The position numbers and the translations under genes are program-made. DNA of 64,000 nucleotides from an uncultured bacterium. GTDB lineage: Bacteria; Margulisbacteria; WOR-1; CAVSGV01. Location of the stretch: contig CAVYHE010000008.1 of the NCBI GenBank assembly GCA_963768305.1, positions 64,001 to 128,000 on the forward strand, read 5' to 3'. This document shows positions 28,985-42,077 of the stretch, in pieces (positions within the stretch are counted from its first letter, which is position 1; each line of letters opens with the position of its first letter). The notes under the pieces were generated by a model. That model was given only the letters and a program-made list of their open reading frames with translations. It had not been told where the DNA came from and made no database searches.

Positions 28985-30207
28985 CAAATTCCCAATTAGC
29001 CAATATCAAATTAATGACCAGGTCCCAATTCCCAATTTGGGCATTGGTCATTGGGATTTCATTTGTCATTTGTAATTTGTCATTTGTCATTCCTTGCTAT
29101 GCCGCTAACAAGGCCGACATCATCAAGGTAGAGACCCATATAATGGGCGGCTATAACGAGGTCTCCGTTCTCGCTTCCGAAAATATAAAGCCTGAGATCA
29201 TCACGCTGGAATCGCCGAACAGGGTCGCTTTAGCTTTCCATAATGCGAGGATACAGGCGCCGATAACGCTTAGCGGCCCCTCTTCTCTTATCAGGATGAT
29301 CCAGGCGGCCCAGTTCGACGAAAATACCGTTTATGTCATCGTGGAGCCCAGCGAAGCCCTGACCTACGACTACACGAGCATTATCGGAAAAAATAAATTC
29401 ATCCTGGAATTCACCAAAGCAAGGCCCGGAAGCAGAAAGATAGTCGCGCCAAGCGCCCCCACCCCGGAAGTTTGCCCCCTATCCACTCCTGAAACCATCG
29501 TTCCGGAGGAGATAGAAGAAGCGCAGCCGACCCCGGAAACGATCGAAAAAGAAGAGAACGTTCCTCCCGAAGCCGTTAAGCCCGAAAAGATCGCCCCGGA
29601 AATAAGACCGGTTAAACCGGTAAAAGAGGCAAAAGCGATGCATCCTCTGAAAGGGAAACTGATCGTTGTGGATCCCGGACACGGCGGCCGCGACCCCGGA
29701 TACGTGGGGCCATCAGGCATTTTTGAAAAAGCGCTGACGCTGAAGATCGCTTTGAAATTAAGGGGATTCCTTGAAAATGCGGGAGCGAAAGTGCTGATGA
29801 CCCGGACCAGGGACGTGGATATAAAGAACAGGGACATAGTCAGGATCGCGAATTGCAGCAAAGCAGATATGTTCGTAGCCGTTCATCTTAACGCGTTCAC
29901 TCAACCGAAAATAAGGGGATGCGAAACATTTTATTACACGCCCCAGAGCAGGAAATTCGCGCAGATAATGCAAAAATATCTTTATGGAACGATAAGAACA
30001 AAGAATAAAGGCGTCCGGAAAGAGAAATATTATGCCGTGCATCGCACAAAAATACCCTCTGTCCTCGTGGAATCCGCCTATCTCACGAATCCGAAAGAAG
30101 AAAAGCTGATACTAAGCCCGAAATTCCAGGACCTTGTCGCGCAGGGAATGTGTAAAGGCATAACAGAATATGTTAAAATAAGTTCATGGCGGAGATCTCA
30201 CAAGTAA
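28981..30207 (+). CDS. N-acetylmuramoyl-L-alanine amidase with AMIN-like domain
   Basis: VDPGHGGRDPG, VHLNA, SVLVESAYLTN. Confidence 0.9.
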   Translation: MTNSQLANIKLMTRSQFPIWALVIGISFVICNLSFVIPCYAANKADIIKVETHIMGGYNEVSVLASENIKPEIITLESPNRVALAFHNARIQAPITLSGPSSLIRMIQAAQFDENTVYVIVEPSEALTYDYTSIIGKNKFILEFTKARPGSRKIVAPSAPTPEVCPLSTPETIVPEEIEEAQPTPETIEKEENVPPEAVKPEKIAPEIRPVKPVKEAKAMHPLKGKLIVVDPGHGGRDPGYVGPSGIFEKALTLKIALKLRGFLENAGAKVLMTRTRDVDIKNRDIVRIANCSKADMFVAVHLNAFTQPKIRGCETFYYTPQSRKFAQIMQKYLYGTIRTKNKGVRKEKYYAVHRTKIPSVLVESAYLTNPKEEKLILSPKFQDLVAQGMCKGITEYVKISSWRRSHK

Positions 30208-31089
30208 GGAATATCATATCCGGAAGGGTACTGCAGAAAATATCCCCTGTCGCGGAAAAATATGAGCCCCCGGAATCAGCCCCGATCGGAATGTTCGACT
30301 CAGGCGTCGGCGGACTCACTGTTTTCGAAAAAACAGCCAGGCTTCTTCCCCGGGAAAGCATAATTTATCTGGCTGATACTGCCCGTGTCCCTTACGGCGG
30401 AAGGTCTGCCAGCGAAATAATCAAGATCAACAAGGAAATAATCGAGCTTTTCACGGGATTCGGCGTTAAACTTCTGATCATCGCCTGCGGAACATCATCC
30501 GCGCTGGCTTATCCCGTCCTCAAGAATATTTACAGGCTCCCGATGGTGGAAATGATAGAAGGCGGCGCGGAACTTGCCGCAAAAGCGACAAAGAACAACA
30601 AGATCGGCGTTATCGCGACCGTCGGCACGATCAATTCGCTGGCATATCAGAACGCCATAAAAAAGATCAACAAGGAAGCGGAGGTCATCGGCATAGCCTG
30701 CCCACTGCTGGTTCCCCTGATAGAAGGCGGTTTCGCGGCCTCCGAAGAGACCGAGAAGGTTTTGAAGGAATATCTGAAACCTCTCAGGTCGGCAAAGATA
30801 GATACTCTGGTGCTTGGCTGCACTCACTACCCTCATCTTGAACAGGACGATCAAGAGCATTATGGGCGCGGGTGTCACATTGATAGACCCGTCCGATGAA
30901 GCGGCAGAAAAGGCAAGGGACATCCTGATAAGGGGAAAAATGAGCAATATGTCCGGCGACCCGCCGAAATACAGGTTCCTCGTGACCGGATCAGGCGCTA
31001 ATTTCAGGGACCTGGGTTCAAGGCTTTTAGGCAAACCTCTCGCTAATGTGGAAGAGATATCTATTGTAAAAGGCGCCCGGGGAAGGTAA
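30186..31089 (+). CDS. murI: Glutamate racemase (frameshift near 30840)
   Basis: FDSGVGGLTV, PYG, IACGTSS, LGCTHYP. Confidence 0.93.
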
Positions 31090-31098
31090 TATTTAAGC

Positions 31099-31452
31099 AT
31101 GTACGAATTGATGGTGGAAGGAACATTTGACGCCGCGCATCAGCTGATCGGCTACGACGGCCCGTGCGAAAAGCTCCACGGCCACACGTGGAAAGCGCGG
31201 GTCTTCATAAAAGGCGAAAAGCTGAACAAGCTGGGAATGGTAAGGGATTTCAAGGAATTGAAGCTCATGCTTCAGTTCGCGCTGTCAAAGCTGGACCATA
31301 CCAATCTGAACGTTCTTCCGTATTTTAAAAAGATCAATCCGACATCGGAGAACGTGGCAAAGTACATATTCGACCAGATCGCCAAAAAAGCCGATGTGAC
31401 AAAGGTGACCGTTTTTGAATCGGCAACGACGTCGGCAAGCTATATGAAGTGA
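31099..31452 (+). CDS. queD: 6-carboxytetrahydropterin synthase
   Basis: FDAAH, CEKLHGHTW, LDH, PTSEN. Confidence 0.92.
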   Translation: MYELMVEGTFDAAHQLIGYDGPCEKLHGHTWKARVFIKGEKLNKLGMVRDFKELKLMLQFALSKLDHTNLNVLPYFKKINPTSENVAKYIFDQIAKKADVTKVTVFESATTSASYMK

Positions 31453-31458
31453 GGCGGC

Positions 31459-32254
31459 ATGAAATTCGTTAAAATGCACGGTCTTGGAAATGATTTCATA
31501 ATAATAGACTCGCGTACGGAGCCGCTGGACGGCATCGACCTTTCGCAGCTCGCGATAAAACTTTGCGACAGGCATTACGGGATCGGCGCGGACGGCGTTC
31601 TCATTGCCGGCCCGTCCGATAAAGCCGACGTGAACATGAGAGTGCTGAATCCGGACGGAAGCGAAGCCGAAATGTGCGGGAACGGCATACGATGCTTCGC
31701 AAAATACATTTACGAGAACGCTTAAAGTAAAAAAAGAATTGATCTCCGTGGAAACACTGGCCGGGATAATTCTCCCGTCGATACTGGAGCATAAAGGAAA
31801 GACCGCGATAGTTGAGGTGGACATGGGAACGCCTTCGGAAATTCAAAGCTCAAAGGTCAAGATCCAAAATGAAACATTTAATGCTACATTGGTTTCGATG
31901 GGAAATCCTCATTGCGTGATATTTGTGAATGACCTCGGCAAGATCGCGATCGATGAGATCGGCCCGAAGATAGAATCGAACAAGATGTTCCCGGACAGGA
32001 CGAACGTTGAATTCGTCCAGGTAATAAGCCCGAGAGAGGCCATAGTCAAGGTCTGGGAAAGAGGCGCGGGAGAAACTCTGGCATGCGGAACAGGCGCTTG
32101 CGCTTCGGCTGTCGCCGGCAACACGCTCGGGAAGCTTGAAAAAGACGTCCTTATAAGGCTTCCCGGAGGCAACCTGGACATCGAGTGGCAGGAAGACAAG
32201 CATGTGATACTGCGCGGCCCGGCCGAGACCGTTTATGAAGGGACGATACAATGA
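31459..32254 (+). CDS. dapF: Diaminopimelate epimerase (frameshift near 31720)
   Basis: KMHGLGNDF, EMCGNGIRC, GNPH, WERGAGETLACGTG. Confidence 0.95.
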
Positions 32255-33425
32255 AAAAAGCGAACAGGATATTGAACGTTCCGCCTTATTTGTTCGCGGA
32301 GATCGAAAAGAAAAGGAATGACCTGATCTCGCGGGGAGTGAAGCTGATAGACCTCAGCATCGGCGATCCCGATATGCCCACGCCAAAAAGGATACTTAAG
32401 GCGGTTCCATAAGGCCGTGGACGACCCGAAAAACCACAATTATCCTCCTTATGAAGGCACAAAAGAATTCAGGGCCGCGGTCGCGCCAATGGTACAAGAA
32501 AAGGTTCAATGTCGACCTTGATCCCGAAAAAGAAGTGCTTTCCCTTATCGGTTCCAAGGAAGGGATAGCGCATGCCTTTTTCGCCTTTATCGATCCTGGC
32601 GATTACGCGCTTGGTCCCGGACCCCGGATATCCCGTATATAATGTAGCGACGATCTTGGCCGGCGGCATCCCTTACCCGGTGCCCCTTCTAAAATCAAAC
32701 GGATTTCTTCCCGACCTGGATTCGATAGACAAGAATATCGTCAAAAAGTCAAAGCTTTTGTTCATCAATTATCCGAACAATCCCACTTCTGCCGTGGCCG
32801 GAAAGGATTTCCTTAAGGATGCCGTGACTTTCTGCAAAAAGAACGATCTTCTTCTCTGCTCCGACCTCGCTTATTCCGAGGTTTCTTTTGACGGTTACAG
32901 GGCAATGAGCGTCCTGGAGATCCCGGGCGCGAAGGATAGTGGCCATTGAATTCCATTCTCTTTCAAAAACATACAACATGACCGGCTGGAGGATAGGAAT
33001 GGCGGTAGGTTCCAGCTACGCTATTTCCGCGCTGTCCTTGATCAAAACTAATATTGATTCCGGCATTTTCAAGGCCATACAGGCCGCCGGGATAGAAGCT
33101 CTGAAAGGTCCGCAAAAAGAGATCGATGAAATGAACAGGATATATGCCGAACGAAGGAACATCCTTATTGACGGGCTTAATTCCCTGGGATGGGACATTG
33201 AATATCCGAAGGCGACGTTCTATGTCTGGGCGCCTGTTCCGCCGTCATTTACTTCCGAGAAATTCACCGCTCATCTTCTTGAAAAGGCGGGCGTGCTGGT
33301 GGTCCCGGGTTCGGGCTACGGAAAATTCGGCGAAGGATATTTCAGGGTCTCCATCACCGTCCGACAAGAATAAGATAAAGGAAGCTGTCTCCCGCATGAA
33401 AAAAGAAGGCATCTTCTATAAATGA
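32251..33425 (+). CDS. dapL: LL-diaminopimelate aminotransferase (several frameshifts)
   Basis: [45 protein letters not shown]; adjacent to dapF. Confidence 0.88.
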
Positions 33426-34262
33426 AGCTTTTGACCGCCAAATTCCTCGGGTTTTGCACCGGAGTGAACCGCGCGTACAACCTGGCGATAAAGACCGCTA
33501 GATCCGGAGAACCCGTTTACATTCTCGGTTATCTCGTCCATAACCAGAAAGTGATCGATGAACTGAGATCAAAAGGCGTACAGACCATAAAAGACTTGAA
33601 AGAACTCCCGAAAGGCGCAACAGGATATCTGATAATCAGCGCGCACGGTCTGCCTCCGGCCATGTATGAAAAAGCAGCAAAGACCGGACTGAAATTGATC
33701 GATACGACCTGCGTATGGGTAAAGAAACCTCAATCCCTCGCGAAACAGCTTGTCGAAGAAGGATATCATTTGATAATCGTCGGCGACAAAAATCATGCTG
33801 AAGTTGCGGGAATAAAAGGATTTTCGAACGATAAGGCGCAGGTATTAGAGAATATCAAAGACGTAAAAAAGGTCGGATTCCACGAAAAAATGGCAGTGAT
33901 AGCACAAACGACCCAGTCGAGCAGGAATTTTGACGAGGTCGTGAACGCGCTCGCTTCCAAGACCAATGAGCTTAAAGTCTTCAATACCATCTGCGAAGCT
34001 ACCGTTAAAATGCAGAGAGCTGCGGTGGATGTGGCCAAAAGATCGGAAATAATGCTCGTCATAGGCGACAAGAAGAGCGCGAATACCAGAAGATTGAAGG
34101 AGCTCTGCGAAGGAACGGGCGCGAAAACATATCCAAATAGAATCCGCCGCGGACCTGGACCTGAACTTGCTCAAAGGTTTTGATATCATAGGGCTTACTG
34201 CAGGCGCTTCCACGCCCGCGCAGGTCATAGAAGAAGTTAAAAGAAAACTGGAGGGAAAATGA
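33422..34262 (+). CDS. ispH: 4-hydroxy-3-methylbut-2-enyl diphosphate reductase (frameshift near 34135)
   Basis: GFCTGV, SAHG, DTTC, TICEAT, SANT, GLTAGASTP. Confidence 0.95.
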
Positions 34263-35798
34263 AAAGATCTCTTGTTGTTGTAATAATATCGCTGTTCCTT
34301 CTGGCCTCCGCTTCCTATGCGTCCACGCTTAACAGGATCACGCGCGAAGAAACAAAGGACAGGCTGCAGCTTATCCTTGACATCAGCGGGGAAGCTAAAT
34401 ATGTAGTAAGCAGAGGGAATTCTTATGCCGTGATCTCTATCCCGGGCCTCAACCCCCTGCCGTCCATCCCTAAAAGAATAAAAAGCAAAATACTGGAAAG
34501 CATCAAGATCGGGAAGAATAACGGCATCTGCGGGATAACGGCGCACTTCAAATACCTCACATCCCTCAACGTTTCCACTATAAAAAACCCTCACGTGATG
34601 ATAATTGAATTCCGCAAGCTTTCGAAAATGAAGGTTCCACAGATCAATGCACCCGAGATCGAGATTACCGCAACGGCGGAACCGGTTTCAACCACGGAAA
34701 TCGTCGTGACATCTGATGAAGTAACGGGTCTTAGGTATGCAAAGATGTCCAAAGACACCGAAGAAGGCCCCGTGACGGTAAACGCGCTCATAGCTGACCA
34801 GAAACTTCTGAATGTTTATCCTTTTCTCGCCCATAAAAAAGCCGAGCCGCCGAGCTTGCTCGGGATATTTGGTTCGCTTTTTACTTTCTGGGGCCAGGAA
34901 GAACAGACAAAATACATAAAGGACAGGGTAAGCGACATGGCAGCATGAAACAAAAGCGATGGCCGGTAGTGAACGGCACATTCTTCGGCTGCGCAGGAGA
35001 GCCTCTCGGCATCCTTATGATCAACGGAGAGCTGGTTTCATATTCCATACTTGACAGGACCGCGCTTATCATCGACAGCAATAACCGTTGTTATATAGAC
35101 AATGTTTCCCTGTCGGGCGAATCCCAGATAGAAGGAAGGACCATTCAGATCTCCGGGGTGAACAGGAAGCGGGGCACGGGAGAAGCCATAGTGTACACGC
35201 CAAAATACGGCATCCAGACGGATGAAGATACGCCCGGCATCGTCCTTTCCGTGTCAAATGACGAGGTGAAGGACATTTGCAGGGCGCACGCAAGGATACC
35301 TGAAGACGGATATGTGCTGTCCCTTGATCCCGAATTACTGGGATGATCTGGGAGACAAGATACATATCGGTAGCAGGATCACCACAAAAATGAAATTGAT
35401 CCCATTGTCCGGCCTCTCAAATTTGGATATAAAGCATGTGATAGGCGGTGGGCCTAGGCTGCTTAAATCAGGAGAGATCTACATATCAAAGAACAGCGAA
35501 CAGTTCAAGACCGATATAGCGAAAAGCAGGGCGGCAAGGACCGCGGTGGGGATAAACAGCGAAGGCGATCTTGTTTTTGCAGCGGTTGATAAATGCTCTG
35601 AAAGCCCCTCCCACGCAAAAAGTGCCGGCGTAACACTGGAAGAACTGGCTGTGATAATGAAGGGCCTTGGATGCGTGGATGCAATGAACCTGGACGGCGG
35701 CAGCTCCTCCACTATGGTCCTTAATGACGCAGTGATAAATGTCCCCTCCAGGAGGAGCAGAAATACCCGTGAGCAACGGGATATTAATTGGAAAGTAG
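34259..35798 (+). CDS. Exported phosphodiester glycosidase (NAGPA-like) family protein, frameshifted
   Basis: Signal peptide, VNGTFF, GGGPRLL, ARTAVG, AMNLDGGSS. Confidence 0.85.
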
Positions 35799-36071
35799 CT
35801 GCTCGAAATGAGGCTTAAACTCCTCTGAAACCGGGACTTTCCCGTCCCATCTCGCGATGACATGGCCGTCTTTTTCAATGATGGAAGTGGGTATCTTCCC
35901 GACGCTCAGGAAAGCCCCTTCGGCAAGCCCGTCCACTGTCTCCATGTCATAGAAAGACAGCTCCACTTTGTCCGTTATCTTCCACAGGTTCAGGAAGATC
36001 TCGAACTTCTTCATCGTGGTCTTGCAGAACTCGCATCCCGGTTTGCCGAAAACCTTGACCTTCATTTTCAT
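35784..36071 (-). CDS. Thioredoxin/glutaredoxin-like protein (NrdH-like)
   Basis: FGKPGCEFC CxxC, cis-Pro motif IPT; coupled to nrdD. Confidence 0.8.
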   Translation of the reverse strand: MKMKVKVFGKPGCEFCKTTMKKFEIFLNLWKITDKVELSFYDMETVDGLAEGAFLSVGKIPTSIIEKDGHVIARWDGKVPVSEEFKPHFEQLLSN

Positions 36072-38219
36072 TCCCCGCTTTCCTTGTTGAAATATTCCCG
36101 GTTCTTATACCTGTCCGCCAGCTCTCCGAGCTTTCCCTTGTTCCAGCCGGATATCTTTGAAAAATATCCGGTTATCCTGGTCATGCATTCTATCTCTTCA
36201 CTGCCGCAGTAAGAGCACTTTTCCTTTATTCCCCTGACCGTTTTCCCGCAGGAATTGCAGGTTGTGAACTCGGGAGAAAAAGCTATCTGGCTGTTGGACG
36301 AATTCCTGAACGTCTTGACCACGAAACTTCGAGATGGACTGCGCCGAGGGCCTGGCCTCGCCCAGCCACACGTGAGTGAGCGCGCCGGCATCGATCAGCG
36401 GATGGAAAAGCCCTTCTTTTACCACTCTATCGATGGGATTCATCGCCTGCGAAACATTAAAATAAGTGGAATTGGTATAATAAATATTGTTAAGTTCCGC
36501 GTTGCCTTTTACAACTTTCGCGGCCGCTTCCGGATAATGCTTCATGTCCAGCTTCGCGAACCTGTAGGCGGTGGATTCCGCCGGCGTCTGCTCCAGGACG
36601 AAATGCATGTTATGTGCTTTGGAAAATTCTTCGCATTTCAGCTTCATGAACGCGATCACCTTCATGCCGAACTTCACGCTCTCATCGGTTTCATGCAGCT
36701 CCTGCCCCGTATGGAACTGCACAAGCTCGTTAAGCCCCAGCATTCCTATGAGGTGCGTCACCCTTTTCAGCCTGAGATACGGCTCCCCGTCTTTTTTCAT
36801 GGCCAGAAGCGAAAGAGGCCCGTCGTTGCCAAGGCTTAAAAGCTCTTCGACAAAAGCCCTTTTCTGCTTATGGGCAAGAACGGCAAGTTCCATCTGCTTT
36901 GTCAACTGCTCGAAAAGTTTTTCATCGGACTTATCCGATCGATACGCGGCCCGCGGAAGGTTAAGAGTAACGTTCTGGATGGCTGAGTAACGCATTTTCC
37001 ACGGTTCTTTTGCGTCATCCAGGTCGGACTGCTCCAGTTTGAACGACAGCCTGCAGCATTCGGATATCTTTGCCGTCTCTCCCCTGTCAAAAACGAAATA
37101 TGTATTCCCCTTTTCAGCGGCCACATCGGATATAAGGTCCAGGAATTTTTCATGGCCCTCCGTCTTGAAGAATTTTTCCGTGATATGGACCAGCGGTTTC
37201 GGGAAAAAATACGGCCTGCCCGCCCCGTCCCCTTCCAGATAGACCTCGAACAGCGCCTCCGAGAATGACTGCGCTTCTTTTTCATAATCCTTGTACTTCT
37301 TTCCGGTATATTGCCCGCCGCGGCCTATGGCCGGAACATCTTCAAAATGCTTCGGTATCTCATAATATATGTTAAGATCGGAGAACACGCCCTGCCCTCC
37401 GCGGGCAACGGCAATGTGCGAGAATTCCTCTATCAGCATCTTGGCAAGCTTCTTTACGTGCCCTCTGCCCAGCCCTTCCAGGTACGGAGCGATGAAAACA
37501 TTCACTGCATCCCAGCCGATGGCGCCGGCGAAATTCCCGTGGAGCGCGAATGAGAATTTCACGATCTGGGCTATGAGCGTATCCGCTTCTTCCGCCGGCG
37601 GAGCGATGAAATTCGCTTCAGGAAGCGAAAGCCCGAATTTCTTTATGAATTCTATCGACTGTCCGCTGCAGTACGGCCTGTCTATGAACCCGAGATCATG
37701 GATATGTATGTCGCCGACCATGTGCGCGTCCGCCACCGGCCCCGAAAAAACGCTCAGAAGCGCGAATTCCTTCTTGATGTTCTCGGAGAGGGTAAGGTTC
37801 GTCGCTTCGGGATTGTGGGGAGTGTTCGCGTTCTCCCTGTTCTTGTGGAAAATGATCTGCCTTACATCATATATAGGAACACCCAGTCGGGTATGCTTCT
37901 TCCGGGTCTCCTCCAGGCTGTATTCCAGAAGCTTCACGTCCACAAGCTCCCTGACAAGCGGCGCGGTGATGAAATCTATCGAGAGCTTCTTTACCTGCTT
38001 TTCCACTTCCAGCCCGATTATCTCCGCGAGCTCGCGCTTCACTCCGGTCTCTTTTATGAGGGCGTCCACTATCCTGCCCCTGTTCCACGCGACTATTTCA
38101 TCTGCGGATGTGCGGACGAACATGGAAAGATCGGTAGATTCTTTTTCCGCGGCGGCCGGATCCGCAAGGGCGATCCCGGCAGAGGCGCTCCTCATGTCCA
38201 CCAGTTCATTTCTAAGCAT
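36068..38219 (-). CDS. nrdD: Anaerobic class III ribonucleotide reductase, copy 2 (frameshift near 36330)
   Basis: GDIHIHD, RPYCSGQS, SECCRL, EQTPAEST, CxxC..CxxC, glycyl-radical RITGYF. Confidence 0.93.
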
Positions 38220-40319
38220 TTTCGATCGGTTCCAGTGTAACTCTGTGCCTGTCCTTCAGTTCGCCGAGTTTCCCCTTGTTCCAGCCCGATATCTTCGAGA
38301 AATATCCCGTTATCCTGGTTATGCCTTCCACGTATGTTGAATTGCAGTACGGGCAGGTCTCTCTCAGTCCCCTCACTATCTTTCCGCAGTCGTTGCAGGA
38401 AGTGAATTCGGGCGAGAACGCTATCTGGCCGTTCTGGGAATTCTGGAAAGTTTTCACGACGAAATTCGCTATAGATGCGGGCGATGGCTTTGACTCCCCG
38501 AGCCAGACATGCGTCAGCGCTCCCGCGTCGATGAGCGGATGGAAAAGCCCTTCCTGCACCACTCTGTCCACCGGGTTCATGGTATTCGACACGTTAAAGT
38601 AAGTTGAATTTGTGTAATAAACTTCTCCCAGCGCCTGATTTCCTTTCACTACCTTCGCCGCCTCGTCGCCGAAATGCTTAAGGTCAAGCTTCGCGAACCT
38701 GTACGCCGTCGATTCCGCGGGCGTCTGCTCCAGGACAAAATGCATGCCGTATTTCTTTGATAATTCCTCTGATTTTAATCTCATATGCGAGATTATCGTC
38801 AGCCCGAGCTTCAGCATGTCCTTGTTCTCGTGAAGTTCTTTGCCTTTTAATATCTGGACGACCTCGTTCAAGCCGATTATGCCCACAAGGTAGCTTACCC
38901 TTTGCATTCTCAGGTACGGCGATCCGTCCCGTTTCATGGCAAGCAGTGAGAGCGGGCCGCTGTTACCCAGCGCCAGCAGCTCTTCAATGAAGGTTTTCTT
39001 TTCTTTATGCGCCCTGGCCACTATCTCCAGCTTTTCATCCAGAAGCCTGAAAAAGGCCTCTGTATCGCCTTTCGCGCGGAACGCTATCCTCGGCAGGTTG
39101 ATCGTGACGTTCTGCAGGGCCGAATACCTCATTCTCCACGGCTCTTTCGCGTCATCCAGGTCCGTCTGCTCCAGCTTGAACGACAATCTGCAGCATTCGG
39201 ATATCTTCGCCGTCTCTCCCCTGTCGAACACGTAATACGTGTTGCCCATCAGGGTGGAAACTTCCGCGATGTGCTCCAGGAACCTCTCGTGGCCTTCGGT
39301 CTTGAAGAACTTTTCTGTCATGTGAACAAGCGGCTTCGGGAAGAAGAACGGCCTGCCTGAGCCGTCGCCTTCCTTGTAAACATCGAAAAGCGCCCACGCG
39401 AACTGCTGGGATTCTTTCAGATAGTCCGAATATTTCTTTCCCGTGTACTGCCCTCCGGGGCCGATAGCGGGAACATTTTCAAAGTGTTTCGGCATCTCCC
39501 AGTAAATATTTATGTCGGAGAATATCGCCTGCCCGCCGCGCGCCACGGCCTGCTGCGAGTATTCATATATCATCATCTGAGCGATCTGCTTGATATCTTT
39601 TTCTGACATGCCGACAAGGAACGGCGCGAAGAAAATATTTACCGCGTCCCATCCTATGGCTCCGGCGAACTGTCCCTGCAGCGCGGCTGAAAATTTCACC
39701 ACCTGCGCCAGCAGGACATCCGCATGCTTCGCGGGCCTTGCGTTGGATAATGAATTCGGAAGATCAAGCCCGAATTTTTTTACGTATTCGATCGACTGTC
39801 CGCTGCAATACGGCCTGTCGACAAAACCGAGGTCATGAAGGTGGATATCGCCTATCATGTGCGCGTCCGCGATGTCCTGGGAGAAAACATGGAGAAGCGC
39901 GAATTCTTTCTTTATGTTCTCCGCAAGAGTAAGGTTGGTCGCTTCAGGCCCGTGGGGACGTTGGCGTTCTCTCTGTTGCGGTTGAAAATAATATTTTTGA
40001 CATCATATAGCGGTGCGCCCAATCGCTGTGTGTTTTCTTCTGGCGTCTTCCAGTCCGTATTCCAGAAGCTTCACGTCCACAAGTTCTCTGATAAGCGGGG
40101 AGGTTATTATTTCAATGCTGAGGGATTTTATCTGTTTTTCAACTTCCACTCCGATTATGTTCGCCATTTCCGGCGCGACACCCGTTTCTTTTATCAGTGC
40201 CTCCACTATTTTTGATCTGTCCCATCTTCACATGTCATCGGAAGAAGTCCTTACAAAAAGGGCCAGGTCGGTTGAATCTATTTTTTCCACCGTTTTTCCG
40301 CGGTCGCTTGAGGGTTCAT
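38212..40319 (-). CDS. nrdD: Anaerobic class III ribonucleotide reductase, copy 1 (frameshifts at 5' end)
   Basis: Same motifs; ATG 40319 after AAGGAG; ATP-cone-like N-terminus. Confidence 0.93.
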
Positions 40320-40342
40320 TTTTTTCTCCTTTCTTTTACTAT

Positions 40343-40796
40343 TTACGAAACCGGCATTGACTTCACTTCATCGACAAAATCCTTCACATCCTCGAACTGC
40401 CTGTAAACGGAAGCGAACCTTACATATCCACTTTATCTATTGAGTGCAAACGATCTATGACAAGTTCGCCGATATCTTTTGTCGGCACTTCTCCCTGATA
40501 ATGCGAATGCAAATGCTTTTCTATTTCATCGACAATGCTCATCCACTATCTTCATCGATACAGGTCTTTTTTCCAGCGCCTTCACGATCCCCGAAACTAT
40601 TTTTTCGCGGTTGTACTGTTCGCGCCTTCCGTCCCTTTTTACCACCATCAAGTTCCACGCCTTCCACTCTTTCATAAGATGTATATCTTTTTCCGCACTT
40701 GAGGCATTCTCTTCTTCTTCTTATGGCGGTATCGTCAAGCGTGGCGCGCGACTCAATGACTTTATCTTCCATAAATCCGCAGAACGGGCATTTCAT
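40343..40796 (-). CDS. nrdR: Transcriptional repressor NrdR (frameshifted)
   Basis: [23 protein letters not shown]-part [14 protein letters not shown]. Confidence 0.93.
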
Positions 40797-40821
40797 AACG
40801 AAACTCCTTATAGACCCTTAC

Positions 40822-40873
40822 ACTCCATATCTAGAGGTAAGGGGGAGTGTAGCACGCTATATATAGCTGTCAA
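40822..40873 (-). promoter_or_regulatory. Tandem NrdR boxes overlapping a sigma70 promoter
   Basis: ACTCCATATCTAGAGG (40822) and ACGCTATATATAGCTG (40854), 32 nt apart; minus-strand TTGACA-16nt-TACACT. Confidence 0.8.
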
Positions 40874-40893
40874 GCGGAATTTTTAAGAAAATT

Positions 40894-41091
<198 letters not shown>

Positions 41092-41134
41092 TTAAAACAG
41101 GGATTATTTTATCAGGAAAAAATAATTAAGACGG

Positions 41135-42077
41135 TCAACTGGGCAGGATTTCCCCCGCTTTTATATTGCGCCCCAAAGCGAACTGGTACGCGGACATCGC
41201 TTTCCCGGATTCCGGCTGGACCCTTTTCACCAGCAGTTCGCCGTCGCAAGAGCCGACAATAAAGCCTTCGTTCTTGACGATAGTGCTGATCTGTCCCGCA
41301 GGGCATTTGTTCCCGCCCATGTCGAATTCCTCAGCTTCAATGATCTTCAGTGTTTTCCCTTTATGATATGTAAACGCTCCCGGCCAGGGATTAAGCGCGC
41401 GGACCTTATCAAGGATCTCATTAGCCGGCTTTTTCCAGTCGATAATTCCGTCCTCTTTTTTCAGGATGGCGGCGTAAGTCGCCTGCTTTTCATCCTGCTT
41501 TATGAATTGGGCTCTCCCCTTTTCTATCAGATCCACCGCCTCGACTAATAAGCTCCGAGCCGGCATCAAATAATTTGATGGTCAGGGAATGAGCGTTATC
41601 ATCCGGATGGATCTGAACTTTTTTCTGGAGAATGATGTCGCCGGTGTCGAGAGCTTCGAAAACTTTCTGGATAGTTATCCCGGTTTCTTTCTCCCCGTTC
41701 AATATCGCCCATTGTATCGGCGCGGCACCGCGGTATTTCGGGCAGAAGCGACGCGTGGACGTTTATCGAGCCGTATTTCGGGAAGTCGATGATCTCCTTC
41801 GGAAGTATCTTCCCGTACGCGGCAACAACTATCAGGTCCGGGCGATATCTTTCTGACAAGGTCGATCGCTGCCTTATCTTTTATCTTTTCACGGCTGATG
41901 AACGGGAATATTATTTTTTTGCGCCAGCTCTTTCACCGGCGACGCGGTGATGCTCAATCCTCTCCCTTTCGGGCGGTCAGGCTGTGTTACAACTGCAATG
42001 ACTTGGTGGCTGGAGTTGATCAAAGCTTCCAAGCATTTCGCCGCCGGCTCCGGCGTCCCCATGAATAATATTTTCAA
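41135..42077 (-). CDS. fmt: Methionyl-tRNA formyltransferase (frameshifts)
   Basis: [30 protein letters not shown]. Confidence 0.94.

Noticed and set aside
36068..40319. Intein/intron in RNR, or assembly duplication of nrdD
   Set aside because: No splicing motifs or endonuclease insert; the two copies differ throughout at DNA and protein level.
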